Positions 42,151 to 56,892 are shown, counted from the first letter of the stretch. The stretch: 64,000 nucleotides of DNA from Octopus vulgaris (GCA_951406725.2 OX597814.1:197036001-197100000); one strand, 5' to 3'. Numbers and translations are program-made. The notes: a model not told the origin generated them from the letters alone.

Positions 42151-42701
42151 GTGAGAGAGCAGTGCATGCCATCAAAGTGACACTGGGGTAAAATATACGA
42201 AGCCCAGTATACCCATCATGACTACCCGTCTGATTAGGGAACACCAGGCACATGCATCACAATCATATGTGCGCTACATGGTGATCACGTATCACGATAA
42301 ACAGCGCATGACCTTGCTGGTGGGGCCCAGTTAGAATTTTCTTCTTGTCGAGTAGCCCATCCCGCTCAAAAGGTCCCTGAATAAGGATTGTTTAAGGATG
42401 TTGAACGAACCACCCATGTTTCCAAAGGTGAATTATCCAAACCTCTAAGAATTCCTTTCAATACACGGCTATGATGCTCCCCCACTACTTCTTCTCGTGG
42501 TCAGAGATGCATATATCGTCAGCCACTAAGGGACAAGCTCAACTGGTTAAGGTCAAACAACTGACAAGCAAATCTGTGATATTGAGCTGAATATTTGCTG
42601 TAGCCCATCTTTTATACCAAGACAAAACAATGTACATGATAACACTTCCAATCAGTTAAGATCAGAATCCATGAGACCCACTACCTGGTACTGCATCAGG
42701 G

Positions 42702-42703
<2 letters not shown>
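42151..42703. mobile_element. ~550 bp non-coding interspersed element inserted in (ATT)n
   Basis: Complex, GC-richer block sharply bounded by (ATT)n on both sides; no ORF, TIR or tRNA head seen. Confidence 0.6.
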
Positions 42704-42764
<61 letters not shown>

Positions 42765-43496
42765 ATTATCAGGTTGAAAGTATCTTACCGCACTGGACAA
42801 TATGCTTAGTGTCAGTTCATCCGGGTTTTATATTCTAAGTCCAAATGCCGCCGAGGGTGACGGTTGACATGCCTTTTATCCTATGGGGAGGGGTCATTAA
42901 ACAAATCGTCAGTCATGTTCTACAGTCAATATCTTCGACTACAACCCTGCATATTTTTTGTTTGTTTTTTTAAAGTTCTGGCCATTTGCGTTAATTACAT
43001 GCAATTACAGTCGTTATCATTATCATAGGTTCTTTAGTTTCTATCCAGTTCCTGCTACAGCATGAGCTCTACTTCGCTTTCAGCTGGCATAGATTTCCGT
43101 TTGTATGTTTATACTGTAATATTTCTCTATTATTTATTTATTTTTTTTATATGTTGTTGGCGTTACTTTTCGTTTTTAGTCTTGTTTGTTATTTTCGCTT
43201 AGTGCTGCTCGATCGATGAGTTTCCATATTTCCTCGCTGTAGACATGCACGCGCTAATGCAGTATAACCATGTCATTGTTACATACCGGACGCAGGACGT
43301 GTATGAAACACCTACAATATAAGCAATTACCAATATTGATGTTAAAGTGTTTACATATGTCGAAAACTAATCACTTGGGTATATAACTGGTTGCATACAT
43401 ATATACATACATAATAAATACATACATATGTGTGTGTGTGTGTATCTGCATATATCTGTCTGTCTATCTATATACATACACACACACATATGTATG

Positions 43497-43533
<37 letters not shown>

Positions 43534-43541
43534 CTATCTAT

Positions 43542-43640
43542 CAGGACTTATTCTTTCTGAGCCTAGTACTTATTGTATCTGACTCTTTTGCCGAACCTCT
43601 AAGTTACGGGGTAATAAAAACCCCGGTATCGGTTGTCAAC
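43542..43640 (-). mobile_element. SINE family A internal fragment
   Basis: CAGGACTTATTCTTT...CTCTTTTGCCGAACCTCTAAGTTACGGGG...ATCGGTTGTCAA. Confidence 0.75.
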
Positions 43641-43664
43641 ACAAACAAAGTCAAACAAACATAC

Positions 43665-43715
<51 letters not shown>

Positions 43716-43716
43716 T

Positions 43717-43772
<56 letters not shown>

Positions 43773-45147
43773 TGTGTTATTGTCATGATTTAGCGACTGA
43801 AAATAAAGTAGTCGATGTTTTTTTTTTTTTTGTTGCCTGCATGGTCTGCAGTTGTAGTAGTATTTTTCGTCCCTTCAATTATTGTTCATGTGCATCAATG
43901 TTTGGCAGCTAAATTGAGACTTTCCGTTACTGTCTTCAGTGCAGAGCTTTTCAGCTATAGTTGGATTCCATATGGCACTACTGAATATTGACACTATAAT
44001 ATACACGTTCCCCCTCTCAGCCCCAGAAATCTTCCTATTACAATTTATAGTCCCATTTTACATTAGCTGTAACTTTTCTCAACATCTTCTTCCATGTTGT
44101 ACTCACCAGTCTCCCTGAAAATGGAAAAATACTTCAAATCTTTGCAGTTATTTTCTCTACTGTCTCCAGTGTATTTTGCAACCCTGTGGTAGACATTAAA
44201 TAACAGAAATCCTTTATATCCTTTAGAAAAGATTTTTTAAAAATATTAAATGTCTTATCGTCCGCACGGTGTTCAGTTTTAAGTAATGATCAAATGTAGC
44301 AATCATACTTTTGGTTGATAAACATTCAATAAAATTAGGCCATACTTTTTCCTAACTTCTTATAATTCTAGGCTAAACTCTCTCTGTTTTATTGTCTTAT
44401 TTGGCCTAATTTTATTGACTGTTTATCAATCAGCATATTACTTATTTTCCGGTCACCTTTGGGTACTTGCCTCCATGCAAATCTGCAGACAGTGTCTCCC
44501 TGTCAATTTCTCTGCTGTACCTAAGCACTAGTCTATTTGCAGTTGCCCAATCGTTAGCTATCCTCATCATAATAATTGAGCTGAACGACCTATAAGGCAC
44601 GGCTTATTGTTATCCTATACCCCTTACATCATTATCCAATTTCGTTCAAAAATGCGCGTTAAGAAACAGAAGATGGTGGCTTGGCGAAATATCTCATGAA
44701 ACATTATTTTGGTTTTCTTGTATCCATTTTCATTTCCGTCTTCTCTTATGTATTCTATGCAGACATCGTATATTTATTGATGACAAGTTTGATGTATTAG
44801 CTTGTTAACGGTGCTGTGTTGCTACTAGCTAAATTTGTTGGAGCCATCGTGAGACGAGCACTGTCAAACGTCTTCTATTATAATCTGCGTCATTCTCAGA
44901 ATGTTTCTATTTTCTCCAACAGTTTTCAGTTATGGAATTGAAAATAACTTCTTTCTTGTGTCTCGAGAGTTGTGACTTATATAAGCACTAGACTATACTT
45001 CACGTCACTTATCTATGATACCAGTAACTCACCAGACATACCAATATCAACTCAAGGAATTTCCACTACCGCTCCACTTTTCTTCTAGAAATTCGATATA
45101 TTCTTACATGTTTAAATACCACTTATGTTTTGCTTGTTTTAATAATA

Positions 45148-45630
45148 CTTTCTGCTGAAGGCACAGGGGCTGAAATTTTGTGGGAGGGGAATGTCCGATT
45201 ACATCCACTCCAAAGTCGACCTCGGCGGAATTTGAACTCGGAACGTAGCGGCAGATTTCGCCCGGCTGGCAAACGATTCTTTTCTCATCTAGGTACAAGG
45301 CCCGAAATCTTTGGGTAGAGTGGCAGTCGATTAGATCTACGCCAGTACGCAACTGGTACTTAATTTATCGACCCCGAAAGCATCAAAGGCATAGTCGACC
45401 TCGGCGGTATTTGAACTCAGAACGTAAAGACAGACGAAATACCGCTAAGAACTTCGCCCGGCATGCTAACGATTCTTATTTCTTTATTGCCTACAAGGGG
45501 CTAAACACAGAGGGGACAAACAAAGACAGACAAAGGGATTAAATCGATTATATCGACCGCAGTGCGTAACTGGTTCTTGGTTAATCAACCCCGAAAGGAT
45601 AAAAGGCAAAGTCAAACTCGGCGGAATTTG
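45148..45630 (-). mobile_element. Head-to-tail array of three SINE family B units with mixed tails
   Basis: Core GTCGACCTCGGCGGAATTTG recurs at about 45215, 45395 and 45610. Confidence 0.85.
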
Positions 45631-46174
45631 TGCTTGTTTTAATATGATTTACTTTTGCAGAAGTTAAATCTAACAGTATATAATACTTAGAAAGAAGATG
45701 GTTTCATTTAGATTTATTCTTCATCTTCCTTTTTATTGCTAATACTTCTTTGAACACACACACTCAGACACACACACAGATACACACACGCGCGAACACA
45801 CATACACACATACATTCTGTGAGGGGGGAGGCACGTCAGCCATAGTATTGTATGTTATATGACTAGGAATAATTTTGTTCGTATCGGCATCTGTATAAGA
45901 AGTTTCGTTTTCGTAACTGGCGAATTATATCGACGTAGACACGTATACCTCTTACGCCCCTCCTAAGATGTATTTTCGTACGTGTGTATTAGGGGAATTT
46001 TCTCACGGTTCAGTATCCGCAGCGATATGTTTTATCACGCCTGAATATACTCGATCTAATTAAATATGATTGCATGCGATATACTCTATTTAATGCGGCT
46101 TCATGCGATATATATGCGCGTGTGTGTATGTTTGTGTGTGTGTGTGTGTACTCCAGCATAAATTTACTCTTCAG

Positions 46175-46380
46175 TACTCTTTTTAATTGTTTCAGTCATT
46201 TGACTGTGGCCATGCTGGAGCACCGCCTTTAGTCGAGCAAATCGACCCCAGGACTTATGTGTAAGCCAAGTACTTATTCTATCGGTCGGTTTTTGCCGAA
46301 CCGCTAAGTTACGTGGACGCAAACACCAGCATCGGTTGTCAAGCGATGTGGGGGGGGGGCAAATACTGACGCACAAACAT

Positions 46381-46429
<49 letters not shown>

Positions 46430-46598
46430 TATATACGACGGGATTCTTTCAGTTAACATCTACCAAATCCACTCACAAGGTTTTGGTCGGCCCGAGGCTA
46501 TAGTAGAAGACACTTGCCCAAGGTGCCATGCAGTGGGACTGAACCCGGAACCATGTGGTTGGTAAGCAAGCTACTTACCACACAGCAACCCCTACGCC
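46175..46598 (-). mobile_element. SINE family A, full length
   Basis: Reverse complement of 22807-23206; short duplicated head piece at 46603-46619. Confidence 0.92.
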
Positions 46599-46725
46599 TA
46601 TTCTTACCACACAGCCACTTTCAAGATATTTTAATGTAATTTTGATAAAATATATGTTAAAATGAGAGGCCAGTGTTATTTTCATTTTTGTGTAATTTAG
46701 ACGACAGTTCATTGACCTCACCCTG

Positions 46726-46780
<55 letters not shown>

Positions 46781-47749
46781 ACACACACACACACATACAC
46801 ATACACTCACACTCGAACACATGTGTATGTGGGTTCTGTTTCGTATGCATGTCTATACATTTTAGTGAAGACAGTGTAATCTGCTTTGAAAATTGTTGGT
46901 GGCTTGCTCCGTGTTCCAAAGCGAACTTGCAGATTCCTCGGTTCTTTTACCAGAAAAACGGTTCTTATTCATTAGAAATGATCATACAGTAGACAATTCT
47001 GTTCATAAAGTAAATAAACCAGCATTAAAAAAAAAAGAATATATTTGACCTGAGCAAACATCTGTTGACAACCTATGCATTCAGATTAATTCAACCGTAA
47101 GCGAGACACCATTTTGGTTGAACACATCAAGTTACAAACAACAATTACAGCTACAGCAACATTTACTAAACTTACATGTATTTCTAATAATTACATGCAT
47201 ACCGCTTCGGTCATCATTCCGTTAAAGCTTCTCTATTGATTAGCTTTCCGCGCAGTCATGTAATAATAGAAGATTACCAAACCGTAAGCCGGTAATTAGC
47301 CGGTTGTTTCGCTCGACTCTTACTTTTGTTCGAAAGAATTCACTCCTACAGGAACCAAAAGAACCATATTCTACGTAAAGAACCCCTCTTTCCAGCTGGA
47401 TTGAAACATTAGGCATGTTTACATTGAATCGTGGCATCTCATTTTCTGGCAATTTTCCTTGTAAAAAGCAGATTCATTTTCTATCCATTTTCACCATAAT
47501 GGCGTTATTTGCTCTAACCAGTGTTACAATCAAAAGCGTTAGGAATAATATATTTTATACAACACATAGATTACCCAAATGACTTTACACATGCCCATTC
47601 CTTTTAGTATATCTTGTTATAATGGCTTACCTTCTGTATTGCCATTTATAAAGTGCTTTTATTTATTTATTGCTTTTGCTAATCCCTTCAGGATTAATTT
47701 GGTACATTGCAACAAAAATTACATGGGGAATGAAGCTGGCGAAAATATT

Positions 47750-48163
47750 CCTTTCTGCTATAGTCATAAGGCCTGAACTTTGTAGAGAAAAGAGTAAGTC
47801 GATTATATTTACTCAAGTGATAAAGTGGTACTTATTTTATCAACCCCAAAAAGATTAAACGTAAATTAGACCTCGGTGGAATTTGAACTCAGAACGTAAG
47901 GACGGCCTATGTGCTACTAAGCATTGTTCCCGGCATGCTAACGGCTCCGCCAGCACACCACCTTTTCATATTTACGAAAATATTGTTAAATAATCCTTTC
48001 TACAATAGACACAGGGCCAGAGGAAGAGGTGATTAGTCGATTACATCGAAGCTAGTGTTTAACTGGTATTTAATTTATCGACTCGGAAAGGCTGAAATTT
48101 AAATTTGACCTCGGTGAAATTTGAACTCAGAACGTAAAAACGGAAGAAATGCCGCTAAGCATT
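47750..48163 (-). mobile_element. Tandem pair of diverged SINE family B units
   Basis: GACCTCGGTGGAATTTGAACTCAGAACGTAA at about 47870 and a near copy at about 48107. Confidence 0.8.
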
Positions 48164-48171
48164 ACTACTGC

Positions 48172-48215
<44 letters not shown>

Positions 48216-48268
48216 CATTAGTAGTAGTAGTAGTGGTGGTGGTGGTGGTGGTATTAGTAGTAGTCGTT

Positions 48269-48305
<37 letters not shown>

Positions 48306-48367
48306 CAGTAGTAGTGGTAGTCGTAGTTGTGGTAGTAGTGGTATTAGTAGTAGTCGTTGTAGTAGTG

Positions 48368-48444
<77 letters not shown>

Positions 48445-48491
48445 AGTAGTCGTTGTCGTCGTCGTTGTTGTAATAGTAGTAGTAGTAGTAG
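48172..48491. repeat. (AGT)n/(GGT)n tract
   Basis: Directly visible; source of the poly-S and poly-V ORFs. Confidence 0.95.
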
Positions 48492-48965
48492 AATTTGTGG
48501 TTGTTGATGTTATCGTTTCTCACGTAGACTCAAGGCACAAAATTTTAGAGTAAGTTTTAGTCATTCAAATCGATCCCAATGTTCCTTCTTTCATGTCCAG
48601 AATTATTAAACGGCCGCATTGGTGGGATTCTGCATTTGGACTTAATCATTCGGAACAAATATCGCCTGCCAATTCATACCATCCAACCATAGTTCCCACG
48701 CTTGATTAATATTGTCAACATCATTATTCATGATCGTCACAGCACTTTTCTTCTCTTCTGTATCCCATGATATATACACATCACCAAATTCAACTCACCA
48801 CAATTACTATTGTACAATAATTATTTTAATGTGGTATTTATAAGCTGTTACTCAGTGAACAAAACCACATATATTTCTTATTTTGTTTATAAAATTTTCC
48901 CTTGATTCTCATATGAGTCTCTGTCACTTTACTATCGAAGTGAGATTCAGCGCAAATATAACATA

Positions 48966-49339
48966 CTAGCTGTTGGACCCGGCGTTGTTCATGTTTTCCG
49001 TGTTGAAGTTAAGCCCACCTCTGACCATGTATTGAATAAGCATTTCCTTAGAGACTATTCTAACGACATTTTTTTGAAATTTTACACATGAAAAAGTGCA
49101 AAAGCTGCATCGTTATGGGAATTTCCATTCAATCGACCGATTGAGCTCACAAAAATTAATGCCAACTAAGCATAATAGAGTTTTCGAAAAAACATTCGGG
49201 CCATATATGAACTTTAGATCATGTAATCTACCTATGTGCCAAAAATTATTAAAATCGGTTGGACGGTGTAAGAGGAGTTAGACTAACCCCAAACACACAG
49301 ACAGACAGACAGACACCATTACACATTTATGTCTATAGC
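48966..49339 (-). mobile_element. Non-autonomous Helitron-like element
   Basis: Minus strand: 5' ..CTATAGACATAAA, (TCTG)n, CCGATTTTAATAATTTTTGGCAC; 3' ACAACGCCGGGTCCAACAG-CTAG|T. This is the Helitron CTRR|T end with a decayed subterminal hairpin. Confidence 0.72.
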
Positions 49340-49932
49340 TTTGCCTGGTTCACTCGTATGTAAATCATATATGATATTCACGTTTATACTGCATTTGCTG
49401 GTATTTAAAACCATGACAGTTCCGAGTGATCAGACCTGTCATCAAAGTCTTCGTCTTGTCAAATATGGATTTCACTTTTTCAAAAGATGTTTACATGCGA
49501 TGTGAAAAAGAGTCAGTTTCTATTTTACCCCTGTCTAGTAAGTAAGTGGAGAGAGACTCCTTTGTTAATTTATTTCATCATCGTACAGGAATTTTGTTAT
49601 CGCTTAATAATGAAAGTTCCATGTTTTTACTTATAACCCATTCGCTTTACTTAAAATACTACTTCAATATTTACGCGGTAAAGCTGTATGAAAAGCAAAG
49701 GAAGATAGGGTTTTTACCCTTATAAGGCGGCTACGGGACTAACACATTTTTTCCGTCGTATAAGGATAAATATTTCTCTGCTGTCCTTAAAGTTATACTG
49801 CGATCGAAATCTACTTTCTTGTCTGGAAAATAGCAACCACATTCGACGCTTCAAATCCTCCCTTCTTAAATTCCCTCGAGTTATATTCTCACTTGTGTCT
49901 TACTCTTCGCTTGCCTCTAGTGCCATTTTGTA

Positions 49933-50144
49933 TACTCTTTTACTCTTTTACTTGTTTCAGTCAATTGACTGCGGCCATGCTGGAGCACCGCCTTTAGTCG
50001 AGCAACTCGACCCCGGGACTTATTCTTTTTGTAAGCCCAGTACTTATTCTATCGGTCTCTTTTGCCGAACCGCTAATGGACGGGGATGTAAATACACCAG
50101 CATCGGTTGTCAAGCAATGTTAGGGGACAAACACAGACACACAA

Positions 50145-50175
<31 letters not shown>

Positions 50176-50339
50176 CGACAGGCTTCTTTCAGTTTCCGTC
50201 TACCAAATCTACTCACAAGGCATTGGTCGGCCCGAGGCTATAGTAGAAGACACTTGCCCAAGGTGCCATGCTGTGGGACTGAACCCGGAACCGTGTGGTT
50301 GGTTAGCAAGCTACTTACCCACACAGCCACTCCTGCGCC
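49933..50339 (-). mobile_element. SINE family A, full length
   Basis: Reverse complement of 22807-23206; explains ORF 49895..50518. Confidence 0.93.
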
Positions 50340-50375
<36 letters not shown>

Positions 50376-50631
50376 CACACACACACACACACAGAGTAAT
50401 CCCCTGCCATATCGCGATTAAATCGGTAGTTCCAAGTCTCTGTTTGTACAGACTTTGCTGTGTATATAACAGGATGAACCGTTTTATTTTCTGGGATAAA
50501 TTATGGAAATACCTCTGATGAGACACCAATAAGCGCCGAAAATCAATTAAAGCCATTAATCTTTTTCTTAAATCTAAGGACTAAATTTGTGAAGCTGTTC
50601 AGACTATTATCTTGTTACACACACATACGCT

Positions 50632-50697
<66 letters not shown>

Positions 50698-51034
50698 ATA
50701 TGCCCTTGTCTTCGGAAGGGCCATTTGGCCAATAAACACATTATTGATTGTATTTCATTGGAGTTTTATTGTTCACAAATCAATTAATCAATTAATTAAT
50801 TATTGATTACTTTGTCTTAAATCATTCATCAAAGTTCTGTGACCTCTTCAGTGAGTCCAAAGATTTCAAAAGCATTATCAAAGTGATACGTATCGATTTC
50901 ATCAAACATTTTTAGAAGAAAATTCTTGCAAGACAAATTCGATAATGATACGTGTATCTTTCTATGCGATGTTGCAACATTGCTTTGTATTCTCACTCTC
51001 GCTCTGTCTCTCTTTCTCTATATTTCTATATATA

Positions 51035-51069
<35 letters not shown>

Positions 51070-51139
51070 GTGTTTGTGTGTGCGCGTGTGTGTATAGGTA
51101 CACATATATATATGTATGTATCTATTCATATATATATAC

Positions 51140-51181
<42 letters not shown>

Positions 51182-51187
51182 ATATGC

Positions 51188-51218
<31 letters not shown>

Positions 51219-51539
51219 CGTGTGTATGTTAAATAAAATGAGATATCAAACCAAGGCTGTGTGGAATTTATTGAAATTTATATATATAGGTATATATATA
51301 TATATATATATTGAGAGAGAGAGAGAGAAAGAGAGTGGGGAGAGAGAGAGAGAGAGAGAGAGAGCGTCAAGGAAATATAGGAAGCTACATTCAGCGTGCA
51401 CGGACAGATATTAACACACACGCACACACATATGCACACACATACATATCATACTTGCACCGTAATACTCTGAGACAGAGATCCCCGTTAGTATAACAGG
51501 TCACTGATATGTCATCTAACTAATCTGGTTAGTAAACTT

Positions 51540-51876
51540 TCAGACCCTAGTCTAGATTGCGAATCCTCTGTACCCCAGGATGGTTCGGCTCTCCACTCGT
51601 TGAAAGCCACTGTTTACGGAATGACGATAACAAGGTAGCTTTCGCGCCCGTGCAACCACCAGTCTATCGCGTGTGGTGGGTGGATCTTCAAGTTGCCTCA
51701 CGCATTCTTAGTAGCTTAGAGTAGGCTCGAATTAGGGATTACTCATTGTGGCTAATGGCGTGAGTCCTGATTGGAAGAATAAGAAGGAGGAGGAGAAGAA
51801 AAAGAAGGAGGAGGAGAAGAAGGAGAAGGAAGAAGAGAGGAAGATAAAAGAAGAAGAAGAAGAAGAAGAAAGAAGA
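51540..51876 (+). mobile_element. Possible LINE 3' end with (GAA/GGA)n tail
   Basis: GC-richer complex block running directly into a purine trinucleotide tract; no clear peptide motif. Confidence 0.3.
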
Positions 51877-52639
51877 CAGCTGTTCACAGCTATAATATTT
51901 TAGCGACCCTAGAAACATGAAACATAACTCTGATTTCGGCGTGATTTGAACTTTAAACATGAATATCCGTAATTGACTACCCATTCGAAGGTCGAAAATT
52001 CCTCTCTCAACTCCTTATTTAGCCGACGTACTGTTTTCATTTTTTACCACTACGTTTATAATTATGGTATTGATCCATCAGTAAGGAAATGTTACTTTTA
52101 CGTAGGTTAATCAATCACTTCTAAGATTTACGAAAAACCAAAGAAAACAAAATGTCTATGGTATATTATTGCAAAGCTACAGTAAATACGATTTAGTTCC
52201 TGCAACTCAGCTCCATTTCTCATTGAATAAGGCAAACAAATATATGAATATGCAAACGTTGAACTTAATTCCACAGGACACCCGACTACACGAAAGCCGT
52301 CTCCATTCCAGAGACATCACTGTTCATTACAGTTTCATTTTTCATTGTGCAACTACCTCTGAATTTTATGATTACAGCAGCTTTCAGGCATTCGTATGTC
52401 AATTGTTGCTGTTGTCATTTCGGAAACTGATTAAATCTGCATGCATCTCATAAACTTTACACTTATAGGCAGCATGTTTATAATCGGAAAGCTGAAAATT
52501 TCAATTTTCCTGCCAATAACGCTAATTCTGCAATCTATAACACGAGTATATATTCATGCATATATATATATATCTTCTCACACCATTCGATTTCATAGAC
52601 ATATATGCACACATGCATATATATATAAGTACACATGCA

Positions 52640-52724
<85 letters not shown>

Positions 52725-52937
52725 ATATATATATATATATATGAACAACAGCAGCAGGAACAACAGCAATAATAATAATAATAATAATAAGGATTATTAG
52801 GAGGTTGCATAACATTACCTTAAATCTTTTGATATATAAACAGCTTTATATAGACATAGGCACGTTTCAACTGCACCGCTTAGTAACTATTACAATTGCC
52901 AGCCGACTTTAATACCGGTGCATATATATATATATAC

Positions 52938-52969
<32 letters not shown>

Positions 52970-53133
52970 GTTGTACTATTTCGCCCCAACTTTCTCTCGC
53001 TCTTTCTTCCTGTTTCTTGAGTAACGCTACGATGAACTGGCGTCCCGTCCAGCTCGGGGGAACACATACGCCACAGAAACCGGGAAACCGGGCCCATGAA
53101 TCTGTCTAGGCTTGAAAAGGGCGCATAAATAAA
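52970..53133 (+). mobile_element. OR-family SINE 3' half with a third tail type
   Basis: Shares TGTACT..TTC.CC.CAACTTTCTCTC.CTCTTTCTTCCTGTTTC with OR1/OR2-like copies, then CGATGAACTGGCGTCCCGTCCAG...GCCACAGAAACCGGG and an ATAAATAAAT end. Confidence 0.7.
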
Positions 53134-53160
53134 TGATATATATATATATATATATATATA

Positions 53161-53362
53161 TGTGACCACGTGAGTACCACTGGCGATTTTTTTTCTTCTG
53201 TCTTCCCTTCTCGGGATCTTTCCTTCAACTATGTTTCCGACGAAGAGCTCCGCTCGAAACGTTAAACCCTCCTTCTTCCCTTCTTTCCTGAGCGTCCAAT
53301 AATACTTTATTTGTTCCATGTCCTTGCCTTGTTGTGTTTTTTTGTTTTCTTGTTTGGATTAA
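53161..53362 (+). mobile_element. Penelope-like remnant between (TA)n tracts
   Basis: Contains the hammerhead motif at 53233-53267; downstream CCTGAGCGTCCAATAATAC is related to the 62415-62560 family. Confidence 0.7.
53233..53267 (+). ncRNA. Minimal type-I hammerhead motif (U4C core)
   Basis: GTTT-CCGACGA-A-GAGC-TCC-GCTC-GAA-ACGT-T-AAAC: 4 bp stems I and II, palindromic ACGT stem III, GUU site after 53263. Confidence 0.6.
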
Positions 53363-55114
53363 CTATATATATGCACACAAATATGCTATAAACAACAGCA
53401 ATAACAGCTACAACAACTTGAACGTGGAATTTTTTAGTGAAGTGTCAAGGAATATGACCCATCTAATCGAACTAGTTCGAGAATTAGTTCAAAGATGGTT
53501 CGAAATATCTTTTGAGTACTTAATTCTAAGAACGTGTCGTAACGATCGTGATGTTTTTTAGCGAATCGCAGATACGAGAAAGAAAAAAACATCATTACTG
53601 GCAGTGCAAAATTCCTGAAGGAGTTTTGAGTTTTCGAAAGGCATCCTAAAGGAGAATGTAGTGTTACAGCGGGTGTTAGATTAAGGTCATTACCCAAAGA
53701 CTTATTGACATCTACGTACCATTCCCAGGAAATGGATTGACCAAGGTGCGCAATAATAAATATGCTTTATTAGATTAAGTATTTACTTTACAACACAGGA
53801 AAAAAAAAGACATCATATTTCAAAGACATCGTTTCTTGTATAACATATTGAAATTCCTTCGAATGAAATAAAGAAATTCTATTAATGAAAAAACTTTTTT
53901 AGAATGTATATTATTAAAATAAATATTTATTTAAGCTGTGTATATAGCTTCTCGTTGACTTATATACTCTTCGTAGTTCCTGTATTTGTACAGGTTTGCA
54001 TTTCCTTGTTTAATTTGGGTTTGTTTCTTTTTTTAGTTTAATTGGCAACATATACATATATATATATATATTAATAAATGAATAGTTTTGTCAATGGTTT
54101 CTGCATGGTTGACTTAATGGTAAACATTACACAGCTGTCTGCTCAGCCAGTCAAATCTGCAGCAGACATTCATGATCAGCAATTTTTTCCTTCCTCTTTA
54201 TATTTTAGATTAATTTACTTATCACAGCGATAGAATCGTTTTTTACACAGCAATAAGATTTATCATTAATAATGTGGATGCTGTTCTTCAAATTATTATT
54301 ATTATTCTATATCTTTATCATAATATTGTACAACCAATTTACACTGTTCGTCTGAATAGAATTTCTATTTAGAAATACCAATCAGTTATTTATCAATATT
54401 TTTCTTTTCCTTTTACATCTCTCACAGAGGACAAGGCATACTGTTTTTTTTTTTTTTTTTTTTGAATCCCTAACTCCCAGATAATATATTCTGTTTGTGT
54501 TCATGCTACAGAATTAAAAAACAAGCAAGTGACGTATATATTAAAGAGAAACAAAGATTCAATATTTATCACCAAACAAACTGAGTAACAGAATGTACAG
54601 CTAAGAACAATCCAGCAATCGCCAGCACGTATACTTTGAAGAAACAACACTTAGGTTTAATAATATTGAATAGTAATAAGTATTCTTAGGTCTGGGAGTT
54701 CTTCAATGATCTTCTTCATTCGAAGCACGTTTCAGTGTAACAGACTAAGATCTATAATTGAGTTAGTTATCTAAAATATTTATTCATACGTAGCATATCT
54801 CAAACGTGACTCATTATAGAATGTGCTGCAATATAATCTAAGAAGGAAAGCAAACAAACAAACATATCTTCTATAATTTGCTGAAATATAGAATATTTCA
54901 AACATTTGTATCGTAGCATTTTTATGTAAGGGATATGCGAGGAATTTATTCATTAACAAATAAACACAACACAACACGACTTAGAGTTTAATGATGTTAT
55001 CGTAGACTTACGCAAAGAATACACTTAAAGAGAAGTCATTTATTGGAATAGGAATTCTTTGAATTATTCTTTTAGAAATTTCAATATGAGATCGATATAA
55101 CGACGAGTCAATAA

Positions 55115-55275
55115 TTATTGATTTCAAATTTTGGCACAAGGCCAGCAAGTTCGGAGGAGGCGTAAGTCGATTATATCGAACCCAGAGTTCGGCTGGTGCT
55201 TTATTCATCAGCGCAGAGAGAATGAAGAGCGAACGAGATCGCTACGGTTTACTAACGATTCTGCCTGCTCCGCGT
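55115..55275 (-). mobile_element. Diverged, internally deleted SINE family B
   Basis: TTTCAAATTTTGGCACAAGGCCAGCAA...AAGTCGATTATATCGA, as at 9139. Confidence 0.7.
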
Positions 55276-55496
55276 CTTAAGCTTGCAATTATTGTAGTGC
55301 AACAGCTCGTGGCCAAGTGGATCGAATAGTAATCGGGTGAAACGTATTTTTCGTATGTGGACAAAGAAATTTTTTCAATCTCAGAATAGACTATATATTT
55401 TTTTTCTATCTTTTCACCAAGATGCCTGATGCGAAGGTGAGTGAGGTAGATTCTAGTAGGTCTAATAACATGCGATTAGAGTTTGTCTCATTGGCT

Positions 55497-55569
<73 letters not shown>

Positions 55570-55699
55570 GGTCCCGGGTTGAGTCGGGGTTAACCACAGT
55601 AAATAAGGTACTCAATACATAGCAGAGGGAATTAATTTATTGATGATTTCTTTTGAATGAAACAGTTCTAGTCCTGTAGAAGCTCCTTCTATAAAATAA

Positions 55700-55757
<58 letters not shown>

Positions 55758-55899
55758 TTTATTTGTTAAAGAAATTATACATCAGCCAGTGTGGAGTTAG
55801 GCACTCATTTCATCGCCCGACATTTAACTATATATATATATATATATATAATACATATATTTATTTGCATATATGTGCAGACATACATGCATACACAAA

Positions 55900-56040
55900 A
55901 AAGATAAAAGGTAAAATTGATCTCGGTGGAATTTGAACACAAAACGTAAAAACACACAAAATACCTATTTTTTACTACCCACAAGGGGCTAAACACAGAG
56001 AGGGCAAACAAAGACAGACAAACGGATTAATTCGCCGCCT
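55900..56040 (-). mobile_element. Rearranged SINE family B pieces
   Basis: TCGGTGGAATTTGAACAC then CCCACAAGGGGCTAAACACAGAG then TTCGCCGCCTT. Confidence 0.7.
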
Positions 56041-56373
56041 TATGTTATGTATAATATTATACCCTTGTCATCAGGCCAAAAAAGGCTCCCAGGGGTTTGA
56101 AAATTTATTTTCATTTATGAAAAGAATGGAATCCTTTGGTTTTCATGGAAAATAGCATAATTAACTCATTTAAGGAAATTAACTGTATCTTCAAAGATGC
56201 AACTAATATACAAATGCGTAATAGGAGTTAGTATGGTTAGTTTGAATGTGATGACGATGATGGCTATCTGTTGCGAGGTTAGAGTATTTTGGTTATACTT
56301 GAAATGAGATGATAGAGAATACAAACACTTCAGCCTATATATACATATATATATATACGTGTGTGTGTGTGTG

Positions 56374-56439
<66 letters not shown>

Positions 56440-56477
56440 TTAATTATACACACACACACACATATATATATATATTT

Positions 56478-56526
<49 letters not shown>

Positions 56527-56892
56527 TAATTATACACACATATATATCTATATATACATATTTTTACATACATATATGTCTCTCTCTCTCTCTCTCTATG
56601 TACATATATATGTCTCGCTAAATATATATATATATGTTTGAATAGTAGGGTCTGCTTTGTATGTGTATGATCATCTGGGTATCACAAAGCCGATACTTAT
56701 AACCAGATTTAGTCAAAATAAGTAGATTAGATATAAACCTTAACCTGGGACGATACGGCGCCCATCTTTCACGGAAAAGAAAGAAATTCTCCCGTCTTAT
56801 ATTTTACCAATCGCTTTCGTAGCCATACAGAAGAAAGAAATAACCTTAATCGTATTAATTTTGCACAAATAATCCGGAGACGTACAAAAATA

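Noticed and set aside
47240-47452. 70 aa non-repetitive ORF
   Set aside because: It has a non-ATG start, no recognisable motif, and a length expected by chance.
50393-50420. Third Tc1/pogo MITE
   Set aside because: Only a TIR-like 5' motif (GTAATCCCCTGCCATATCGCG) is present, with no matching right end found.
49895-50518. 207 aa ORF with seemingly complex sequence
   Set aside because: It is the antisense translation of a family A SINE; the same peptides recur at other copies.
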